Assembly (NCBI GenBank): GCA_950097015.1
Contig: CATNEN010000034.1
Span: forward strand, 5,704,001-5,768,000
DNA length: 64,000 bases
Reading direction: 5' to 3'
Source: Macrostomum hystrix
Taxonomy: Eukaryota > Animalia > Platyhelminthes
The notes under the pieces are model-generated. The model was not told the origin of the DNA and did not search any database. It was given only the letters and a program-made list of their open reading frames with translations. Below, piece by piece: positions 36,887-47,626 of this stretch. The stretch's first letter is position 1; each line of letters opens with the position of its first letter. A program made the position numbers and the translations under genes.

Positions 36887-38491
36887 AATCTGGGCTTGCT
36901 GGTAGGCCATTGACGAATCGGCGCCATTGGCTCCAGTGGCGTAGGAGCTGGGCGCGTAGCTCACTCCGCCATAGATTGAGGTTTGCGGAACAGAAGCGGC
37001 CGGATTGTAAGCGGCCGCAGGCTGGCTATAGCCGTAGGCATCGCCGGCGTAGCCGCCATAGGCCTCCATTCCAGTGGCGGCGCCACCGCCGTACATGGCA
37101 GCGGTAGAAGCGGCGGCGCCGTAGTTCTGACCATAAGTTAGCAGGTCGGCATAGTTTGGATAGTATGCCGCCTGCTGCTGCTGCTGCTGCTGGTCATAGT
37201 CCAGGCGAGGCATTTTACCACCGTCGCCACCGGGTTGACCGCCGCCGGCGCCCCCACCGAGGCTGCCGACACCGGACGCGTCGGCCGCGTAGCGCTTCTG
37301 CCTGCCGCCGCTATTTGCGTCGATCAAACCGGCGCCTAGACCGTCGCCGCCATTGGCGACCAGGCTGTCCATCGATGCGCCAACTAGGTCGGCCGGATTC
37401 GGGCCGCGCTGCTGTAGTCCGTAGGCCAGGAGGGGCTGCTGCTGTTGGAAGCCGTAGCTGGCTAGGCCGTAGGCTGGCTGCGCCTGCGGCAGGAAGGCCG
37501 CCGCGCCGCCCTGACTGCGATAAGTAAAATTTGGCATGTAGGCCATTTGGGTGCCGCCGCCGCCGACGCCACCGCGTGGACCGCCTCGCCTGTCGTTGCC
37601 TGGCTGGCCACGATTTCTAAAGAAAATAATTAAATTGGTTAGGTTTTAAACTGATTAGAAATGGGGAGATAGACTGCTTCAACTCTGCTACTGAGTTCCA
37701 TTCCGCGGCGAGGCCACACCAGTTTGGGACGCAGCCGCGGAAAGCATTAAGGCTTGTAGGACCAAACCCTGCACAGTGAGAGTGTACACTGCCTGACAAT
37801 AAAAAATCAAGGGCAGATGTACACACCTTTACGAGTATGCGCCTGTGTACATTATCTGTATGCGTGCTGCGGGTCGACTGTCACTAAATGATGTGCCAGT
37901 CCTCCTGCAAATATTATTACGCCCTCGACTGAAGCAAGGGGGTTCAACAGTCTTGTATTGACTTCAAGGCAAAATAACTGTGGGTTAACAGTAAGAGTTT
38001 TATGGCTCTGAACGAGGCACGTTAAGAGGGCGTGCGTGCCCTTTAGGCCGAGAGTCAATAATATATTTACCGAGAGATGAAAGGGACGTGGGGCGAAGAA
38101 AGAGAGATGACCTGCGAGCCAATCAGAGACGAGGGTGAGGGCCGACAGAGGGAGAGAGAAGAAAGTACCGTAAGGGTGCGCGCGAGCGAAAACAAAATAG
38201 AAATGATTAGCATTTAACAATAACAAAGTAATAACAAGTCTTGACCAAGAGATCATGTCATCACCTGTCTGGACGTCCAGGCTCCACGTTGACTCGCGAA
38301 TTGCCCAACATAGTCTTGTGCAAGCCGGCGATAGCCTTATTTGCCGCATCTTCAGATTCCATGTGCACGAAAGCATAATTAGAGATGAGGCGGCAGTCTG
38401 TCACAGTGCCGTACTTTTCAAAGGCGGAACGCAATTGTGTCTCAAAGTCTGGAGCCGGATCGTGAATGTTACCGACAAAAATCTTCACCAT
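36617..38491 (-). CDS. RBM4/Lark-like RNA-binding protein: one RRM, RGG linker and Y/G/A/Q-rich low-complexity tail, 2 exons
   Basis: Exons 38491-38265 and 37616-36617 join in phase 2. RNP2 KIFVGNI, RNP1 NYAFVHM, MVKIFVGN start like RBM4; tail rich in YG, AY and poly-Q. Confidence 0.85.
37726..37919 (+). mobile_element. Family A dispersed repeat with an internal deletion, in the RBM intron
   Basis: gggacgcagccgcgg head, gtgtacactgcctgac hairpin, tgtcactaaatgatgtgcc..cctcctgcaaatattatt tail. Confidence 0.65.
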
Positions 38492-38693
38492 TTTCCTGTT
38501 TTGAGCAATTTTGCTGCTTTTTAAGTGAAACTAGAGAAAAAAAGCAAAGCTTCCTTTCACTTGACAACTTGGTTAACGAATGCGGTGTCTCGAGGCTGCT
38601 GCAAACTAGAAATGCAAACAGATGGTCTGAAAATGAGGACAATGAAGTCTTTTTTGATAGCGTGTCTAATCTCCTGTCTGTCTGTTTGTCTGT

Positions 38694-39633
38694 TTCTCCC
38701 GTATCTAATCTCTCCCCGTGTCCTGTCTCTCCCGTATCTAATCTCCCCCGTGTCCTGTCTCTCCCGTATCTAATCTCCCCCGTGTCCTGTTTCTGAAGTA
38801 TCTAATCTCCCCGTGTCCTGTCTCTCAAGTATCTAATCTCCTCCGTGTCCTGTCTCTCCCGTATCTAATCTCCCCCGTGTCCTGTCTCTCCCGTATCTAA
38901 TCTCCCCCGTGTCCTGTCTCTCAAGTATCTAATCTCCCCCGTGTCCTGTCTCTGAAGTATCTAATCTCCCCCCGTGTCCTGTCTCTCCCGTATCTAATCT
39001 CCCCGTGTCCTGTCTCTCCCGTATCCTGTCTCTCCCGTATCTAATCTCCCCGATGTCCTGTCTCTCAAGTATCTAATCTACCCCGTGTCCTGTCTCTCAA
39101 GTATCTAATCTCCCCCGTGTCCTGTCTCTCAAGTAGCTAATCTCCCCCGTGTCCTGTCTCTCAAGTATCTAATCTCCCCGTGTCCTGTCTCTGAAGTATC
39201 TAATCTCCCCCGTGTCCTGTCTCTCAAGTATCTAATCTCCCCCGTGTCCTGTCTCTCAAGTATCTAATCTCCCCCGTGTCCTGTCTCTCCCGTATCTAAT
39301 CTCCCCCGTGTCCTGTCTCTGAAGTATCTAATCTCCCCCGTGTCCTGTCTCTCCCGTATCTAATCTCCCCCGTGTCCTGTCTCTCCCGTATCTAATCTCC
39401 CCCGTGTCCTGTCTCTCAAGTATCTAATCTCCCCCGTGTCCTGTCTCTGAAGTATCTAATCTCCCCGATGTCCTGTCTCTCAAGTATCTAATCTCCCCCG
39501 TGTCCTGTCTCTCAAGTATCTAATCTCCCCGATGTCCTGTCTCTCAAGTATCTAATCTCCCCCGTGTCCTGTCTCTCCCGTATCTAATCTCCCCCGTGTC
39601 CTGTCTCTCAAGTATCTAATCTCCCCCGTGTCC
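38694..39633. repeat. 32/33-bp minisatellite CTCCCCCGTGTCCTGTCTCTCCCGTATCTAAT, a diverged dimer of a 16-bp unit
   Basis: About 29 copies; both halves align to CTCTCCCGTGTCTCAT. Confidence 0.93.
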
Positions 39634-40224
39634 CGTCCCTCCAGTGTATAATTTCTTTTTTCCGCCAACATCAGAAATACCATGCACATTTAAAAATTAC
39701 CACGATAGAAATCATTAACTTGAAATGATACCAGACACTGAAATAAATACGCAAAAGCCACTTTGAACTAAACTTCTGTGAGAGAACAATGACTTAGAAG
39801 CCATGCAGTTCTCGTGTTGTTGATGTTACTATTGTGTATTTATTAACTCTAGTCAGCGCAAACCGATATTAGTTTTAGAATAGGAAACTTTGTGTTGCAA
39901 TCTCTAGATCATTGCAAACTTAATCAAATAAGGACAATATTAAACATAGCTTTTTATATAACTATGTAAACGTTAGTTAGTTGTCTGATGTACAATATAA
40001 TTCTACTCATTTAAGCCAAAAAGATTTTCCATGATAGACACGAAGAGTGAGTCCAGTCTCGCTGTTTAAATCCAATTTAAACATGCGAAACTGGACAATC
40101 TAAGATTTTATATCTAAGGATAATTTTTAAGCTAAGGAAAGTAAGTTATTAGAATATTATAATAATAATTTCTAGCACTCTAACCAGTTGCAGGCTAATT
40201 AAGACAGTCAATTAATCATAAATT

Positions 40225-40702
40225 CTACTTGTTCTCGTCCAGCGCTTTGATGACAGATTCGAATGCTTCAACCTCGACGGCGGCCTCCGCTCGCGACAGT
40301 TCGTCAGTGGCAGCGTTGGCGGCCTGCTGGGCCTTGGCTAGGCCGTCTCGCGCGGCCGCAGCGTCGAGCTGGGCCAGGGAGGCCAGCTCCTCGGCTAGGA
40401 TCTGCACAGACGAGTCGTCATTGATGGTGATGGAGCCGGAGCTGACAAAGAATTTCTTGATACTTGCCGTCCTCTTCATGCACGGCAACCACGCCAGGTT
40501 TTAGGCAGCCCAGAAGCGGCACGTGATTGGCTAGGACACCAATGCTGCCATTGAGGGTGGGTACATCAACCTGGCGCACTTTGGCCGACCTGTAGAATAC
40601 TTCGCCAGGCGAGGCCAAGGTGAAAGCCATGTCGGAGAGGCGGCGCACACTAGCGGCGGCAGCGGCCGGATTGCGCAATAGTCTAGCACCGGTGCGAAGC
40701 AT
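40225..40702 (-). CDS. ATP5F1D: Mitochondrial ATP synthase F1 delta subunit with an apparent +1 frameshift near 40462
   Basis: Targeting peptide, then MAFTLASP, QVDVPTLNGSIGVLANHVPLLGCLKPGVV in one frame and KKFFVSSGSITINDDSSVQILAEE...AEAAVEVE in another; one extra base between EDGK and IKKFF. Confidence 0.88.
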
Positions 40703-40816
40703 TGCCCGCTATTAGATTGCTGCACTGAAAGCAAATGACAGGTCAGACAACAGTAAGAGTAACAATGCAGCGACAAATACGATTGACTATTACTATTCAC
40801 TATGTTTGGAGACTGG

Positions 40817-40917
40817 ATAATAATAACAATTGCAGGTTGGCTGTAGGTACTAGCTCATTATTTGGTGACACTAGACCCGCAGCCAGCGAGGAGGCAATTC
40901 TGTACATTCCTCTGACT
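40817..40917 (-). mobile_element. 3' part of family A repeat with (TTA)n tail
   Basis: gtgacactagacccgcagccagcgaggaggcaattctg nearly identical to 6940-6980. Confidence 0.65.
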
Positions 40918-41567
40918 TTAAGTGAAAGTGGCCTCGCCACGGAATTGAGCTCGGGGACATTGGTGCGAGAGGCAAACGCGATGGACCGCTCTGCCTCTCA
41001 CCCCCCCGGAGACTGGGATATTATTAATTTAATCTAAGGGCAACTGCAGAAAGAGTTTATTGTTTATTATGACTAAAATTTGAAGACGTGGAAGCCACTT
41101 TTCCTATTTATTAAAAGTCTATTGTTATCTCGCGGGAAAGTTCAATTTAATCTAGTACACATTTTTACACACATTAGCTGCTAAAGAAAAATAATTGGGA
41201 AAAGAAACATAGCTTTAGGTTCACAATCTGTAGTAGCATTTACGAAAATGTAACAAAACCTGTACTTGAAATAAGGCTTAAAATTGTCTAAAATTGTGTT
41301 TTGAGGGGCATGCTAAAAAGAACAAAACATCGTTATTTGTCCCGCATTTGTGAGTGCAGAGAAGCACAAAGTAAACATCGAAATATCTACGATACGATAC
41401 TAATAATACTAAAAGAAGAGATTTAACTAAATAATAGATGAGGCGTTGCGCGACTATCAATAACTAAATTAGTTTTTGTTTCAATTGTGAAAGCAGCTGA
41501 TAATAACCTTAGAGATAGTCATAGTTGTTTTCTTGCTTTTACTATTAACGATGTTTTATGCAAATCA

Positions 41568-43116
41568 CTACTCAATATTGTTAATAACGGCGTAAGTGAA
41601 CTCAGAAGTGCGCGCGTGACCGCCCAGATCTCTAGTGCGAAATTTGCCAGCTTCGATTACGCGAAACACGGCCCGACGGATGCGCTGACCGTAGACTGGT
41701 AGGTTCAGATGGTGCAGCATGTTGGCCGCGGCCAGAAACATGGCGGTAGGATTGGCAATATCTTTGCCAACCGCCTGAGCAAACGGATGCCTGGCGCCAG
41801 ACTCAAAGATGACGCAATCGTGAGAATACGAAGCGCCGGGTACAACTCCGGCACCGCCGACTAATCCGGCAGCCAAGTTGTCAATGATGTTGCCGTAGAG
41901 GTTGGGCATCACCATTACGTCGAATTGTTCGGGTTTGGCAACCAGTTGCATACAGCAATTGTCAATGATCATGTTCTCTAGCTCGATGCCTGGATAAAGT
42001 TGGCTTACCTGACGGGTAACAAAAGTGAAAAAATGAATTGCTTTTTTTACATAAATTACATGCCAATTCTCTAGCCAGCCTGACATTTTATAAACCCATA
42101 TTAAAACCAAAGTTAACTGATTGGACAGCTGAAAGATAACACTGAAGCTGATAAAAACACTGATTGGTCAACTTACTGAAAGATCACTGATTAGTCAACC
42201 CACTTAAAGATTCATGATATGTCCATCTACAGATTTTAAAGATTTACCCATTTTACCAAGTAATCACGGATTTGATTGATCGCATAAGTGTAAATCAAAA
42301 CAGTAAATAATAAAATAATAAAGTGCAATACTAACCTCCTTGCACGACTCCAAGAATAGGCCATCGCCAAGCTTCATAATGTTAGCTTTGTGCACAGCGG
42401 TCACGCGCCGGCGGCCATTCTTAACCGCGTAGTCGAAAGCGAATTTGGCAATTCGTTCGCTATTCTTACGCGTAACAATCTTTAACGATTCGACAACACC
42501 TGGCACTGTTTCGTGCTCGAGAGCGCTGTACTCGCCCTCTGTCTGTTCGCGTATGATCACTAAATTGATGTTTTTATGCCTACGGCTGAGGCCGGGCACG
42601 GAGCGGACATTAACACAGCTGGCGAACATGTCTAGTCGACGGCGCAGTCGCATGCTACTGCTGGCAAGGTCGGAACCGTAGGCCGGGTGTGACATAATAC
42701 CCATGAGGGCGACCTTGTTGCGTTGAATCGATTCCGCCAGTGTGTCAAGGGGTTGGCTCAGGCTGCGATTAACGTCGCTAACGTACACCTGCTCGTAGCT
42801 TAGTGGCGCACCGGCGGCTTTTAGTACCTAAAAATTGACAGTGCCGAAGGGTTAGAGAAAAGGCTTAGGTTTAGCAATTAGAAAATGTAAACCAGTGATT
42901 AGAGCACATCATTGAATATACATATGAACTACAAATTCGATAATATTGCATACAAACCTGCTTTGTGGCATCCAGTAGTTCGGGAAAGACGCCATCGCCG
43001 GGTACCACTGTCACTGTTTGCTGCTTTGGCGGACTGGATGGCACAGCAGCCGAGGGCTGAGTAGACAGGCCGCGGCTAGCCAAAGGAGCCAGGCGTCTCA
43101 ACTGCTGCATGAGCAT
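41568..43116 (-). CDS. IDH3B: NAD-dependent isocitrate dehydrogenase subunit beta, 3 exons
   Basis: Exons 43116-42958, 42827-42336, 42008-41568 (phase 0, 0). [63 protein letters not shown] match the beta subunit. Confidence 0.93.
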
Positions 43117-45338
43117 GTCTCTGTAAATTCGCTAAAACATGTTCGACGTTTTTTATAAATAAAACATATACAACACTATTAACTAAGATAAGGTAATTAG
43201 CAGGATTAGCAATACACTTGTATCTAGACTGAAAACCTGTGATTATACTGGTATTCAGTACTGGGCTTCATTCTCAAATCAAGAAGACTATTATCTTCGA
43301 AATTTTTACTAGAAATATTGGACTCTGTGCCAAACTTTGGAAACCTAACTGAAGATGACAAATAGCATATACGAGTACCTAATTGTGCAAGAAAGTAAAG
43401 AACTGACAGGAAAAACTAGTGTTGTTCATAAAAAGAATAAATCGAATTAAAGAAAGTGCACAGCTGTACCGACTAATTTTATGTTTCAATTTGGCATGAT
43501 AATTCAATGATAATACAATAATTACAATTTTACAACACATGCAATAATACAGCAAGACAATATTGACAACACCAAAAAATGTGGTTTTATTCTTTAGAAA
43601 CAGGTCAATATTTATCTTTTTTTATTTTTTTTGCCATGGAAAATGTTTGCTTTTTGTTTTTTGCTTTGCTTCTTCTTCTTTCTTGGTTTTGTTTTTACTC
43701 CTTTTTGTTTTTTAACTTATAGTTTCAATTAAAAAATAAAAAACAGCACATAGTTTGAGTGAAAATACACATAAAAACAAAATAATAAAATTAAATAAGT
43801 GTTATATGATTTTATATTAGTTTGGTTAATATTAATAATAATTGATTACACCTGCCCCAATTGGGTAAGATGATATTGGTAAAAAATGTAATAAAAATTA
43901 CACATACAAATCATTTAATGTAACTTTGTGGAAAAATGTAATAAATGATAACTATTTTAAACCATACTTTGGTTTAAATTTTTTACAAAATAAATTGGTT
44001 TTTGTGACACACAATGTATTAGTTAAAAACTAGAACTGATTAAACTCATTATGGTGACCAAAAATTGCAGCCAAATATAAACAAGCAACAATTAGAAAAT
44101 CTACATTTGAAATGACAATGGGGTCTATAAATAAGCCTTTGTATTTATCATTTCAAACTATTTGTTATAGTCCTTTTCAGCAATACATCTAAATTGATAA
44201 CTGACATTATAGCAAATTTCATATTATGCAGTATATATTGAGATATAATATTTGCAAATGAGAGTTACTAAAAGTTACTAAGTTACTAAGAACAAAATTA
44301 TTACCAAAACCATTACAATTTTATATAATTTTTTTAGAATAATGTCCTAGGCAAGAATATTGACCATTTTACCAAACAATTTTGTTAATTACTAGAAATA
44401 TGAGATGGCTAATAATAATTAGATAATATTAACCATCAAATCAATAGTGACCTACTTTACTATTGGATTACTTAATTGCTGTCAAACACTAGCTTATCCT
44501 TGGCCCCACCAACCTCACAGCTACCTACCCCAAGCTATCCAATACTAAACCATCAGTCATTTCTCCGAATCCCACAGTTGTGGCTATCTTGGTCCTAAAC
44601 AACAAAAATAGGAAACTGCCTTTCTTTTATCTTGTGAATGAATAAAACAGTTGAATTAGGCAAAATATTATAGAGAATAAAAAAGGGTATGATCCACAAT
44701 TCTACTTTGAGCTTCCAAATTTGAATATTCTGCATAGATCAATAATACACTCATAATTATAACTTATGCCTTAGGTCTTTGGATTTCATTACTTTGACTT
44801 TGGGCTTTTACATAATTGTAAATGGAACATAATTGATTACTATTCTATAACATAGCTATTCATTTTTATCATTTATTTTGTTTCAATAAAAACTACTAGT
44901 TTCCACTTGTTTAATACTTTTACAGTATATTCATTGGTCACTCTAGCTATTCTTTTTCCAATTCTGCTAGAGGTAAGGAAGATTCCAGATATGATACATT
45001 TTTATTTTACTTTAGCTAATTTGCTGCAACATTGTACATATAAGTCTCACCTGTTGAACAAGAATAGGTCAACTAGTTAACTACTTTGAATAAAAGTGTA
45101 CTTGTAGTGAACAGTATTAAAGAATAAAGTATGCAGCAATCAATACAATTGTAGCTTGACTAAAATATGAGTATCTGCATCTCCTTTCAAAGGTCCCTTT
45201 GTGCTCTTTCAACCTCTAATCATTATAACTAGGCATAGGTTCATGCCACATCAGCATAATATTTTAAATGCTGTGTTATGATGAACTAAAACAAACTATT
45301 CAGCTGCTATTCCTACCGATTGGTTGATAATTAAGTGA

Positions 45339-47626
45339 CCCCTAATGGAGTGAATTTAAAAAAGCTGCGGACACTCCTGCTAGGTGCGCAGGTGGTTTCA
45401 AGAAAAAGAGCGCAAATGCACAATTGCTATATATTTTCAGTCTGACACAATGTTGTGATTGATTTCGCGAAAAAAATGACGAAAGAACTTTTATGATCTC
45501 CATAGTGTGTTTCTATAATTAGAACAGCTAAGGTTGTCTTTTCGCACTCAAGGACTGCAGAGCATGTAGTCCTGTTTGCGAATAAATGTGCAGCCCTCTA
45601 TCAAAAAATTTCTGTAACTGTGCCTGGTTAGAATTGCACCTACATGTACATGTAAGTTTATTTTAATATGTAATTGTATACCTAAGCACACAATAGTGTG
45701 GATGTATGGTATGGGTGCACTTGACTTACTTGACTTAGCGGCAGGGAGCCTCCATGACGGACGCAGCGAGGAGGCGGCTGATGCCACCCATATCGCTAAC
45801 CCCTGGCAGCCAGACAGCCTCCAGCGAGGCGGTGCCGCTCAGGGTGGTCCGTCGGTCGATTTCGCCGCGCGATCTTCCTCGCCATAGGCTGGGAAGAAAT
45901 CAGCTCGGCCGGTATCCCGGAGGAAGTGGGCGAGCTGTGGGATGTTCTCGGGCGAGCAGGCTTCGGCGAGAGTCGGTGCCGGCCCGAGATGTTTTAGCCT
46001 GGCCTGGGTGAAGGCCAGGCAGTGGCAGATGAAATGCTCTGCATTTTCGCGTCCGGAGCAGCAGAAGGGACACGTTTCCTCAGGCACGTGGCCTTGAAGG
46101 TAGCGGTGTCTGGTGAAGCAGCCATGTCCCGAAAGAGCCATAGTGACTGCTCTTAGGTCTCTGCGGTTAAGCCTGAGTAAGGCCTTACGCAGGTTACTAG
46201 AGGGGGTTGGCACCGCAGCCCTGGACTGGCGACAGTTCAGGGTGCTGGACCACCTCCTCCGGTGCTGGGTCTCCATCCAGCAGTTGATGCTGGAGTTGAC
46301 AACTGAGATGGGGATCGGGGACTCCGGGCCCAGGCCCATCAGGGAGCTGGCTGCTCCAGCCTTAGCAAGCTGGTCCGCCATCTCATTCCCTGTGAACCCG
46401 GCATGCCCAGGGATCCACAGCAGCTCCACCTTGTTAGACTGTGCCAACCCGTTTAACTGGGTGTTGCAGTCCAAGGTGGTTCTGGAGTGAGAGGTGCAGC
46501 GGCTGAGGGCCTTGAGGGCTGCTTGACTGTCGGAGTGAAAAAAGATCCTCTGACCAGCCAGCTGCCTCTGGCGCAGCTCAGCCGCACAGAAGCTGATGGC
46601 GAGCACTTTGTTTTGGAAAATGCTAGAGCTCTTGCCACAGTATTGGGAGTGGGTCCAGAGGACCTCACCACCTGAGGCGACGCACACTCCGAATCCCGAT
46701 TTACCGTTCATCAGAGAGCCGTCAGTGTAACAGTGGACTGCCGGGTCATCCCAGCAGTCCTTTACCTCATTACGAGGGGAGATGCTGACTTTGTACCTGT
46801 GGCTCCAGAGTAAAGTGGCCGGGGCCCCGTCCGAAAGGATGGTGAGCCCTCCGCACTCGCCCAGAGTTTTCAGGCAGAGGTCAGAGTGAGGCAGAAGGGA
46901 GCGCTTCGAGAAGGCTCGCGAATTCTGGAAGGAGACACCCGCATCAAGAAGACGACGGGTGGACTTTGCTGCTTCCCCCTTGACGAAAATGTCAATGGGT
47001 GTAGCGTTGAGGAAAGCATTCATGCCTTCAAAGGGAGTGGAGGGTGGGGCGCCCAGCGTCATACGACAGACTCTGCCCTGCACCCTATAAAGCGCCTCCA
47101 GGTTTTTCTGGATGCCCATGGCGCTGGCCCAGATGAGGCCAGCATAAGCGACGGACGGTCTAATGATCGCCGTGTAAATCCACCAAAGGTTCTTGGGGGT
47201 TAGCCCCCAGGTGGTGCCCACGGCACGCCTGACTTGCGCCAGTATGGCCAGGGGTATGGGTGCACACTGCTATTACCATGTGCACCTATAGATGTACATT
47301 TAAATGTATTTTATGTGTCCTAATGTACATATATTTAAACACACAAGGTGCGAGTACAGAGGCACTGGCATTCACTACTAACATTGCATCTACATGTACT
47401 TGTACATGTAAATGTATTACAAAAAAGAAATTTATAAAGAACACAAGACGTTAGTGTAGGGGCACAAGGGCGCACTGTTTGTTATACATCTACATACTTA
47501 TAACAACTTAACGCACACAAGGCGCAGCTGCGCGGACAGGATTTTCTTTCTGCACAGCTGCGCAGGCAATTTTTAACAAGTGCGCTGGACACTGTCCGCA
47601 AAAACCCCTATTGGCTCCGATAGGGG
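45339..47626. mobile_element. Putative non-autonomous DNA element hosting the LINE
   Basis: Imperfect TIRs CCCCTAATGGAG / CTCCGATAGGGG (10 of 12) flanked by a direct AAGTGA (45333-45338, 47627-47632); about 740 bp without the LINE. Confidence 0.45.
45721..47252 (-). mobile_element. 5'-truncated non-LTR retrotransposon with RNase H (I group, LOA-like)
   Basis: Open frame 45839..47221: [18 protein letters not shown] (RT C-terminus), RNase [31 protein letters not shown], terminal CPFC..HFICHC; short tandem tail TAAGTCAAG; perfect 13-bp TSD GGTATGGGTGCAC (45708-45720, 47253-47265). Confidence 0.93.
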
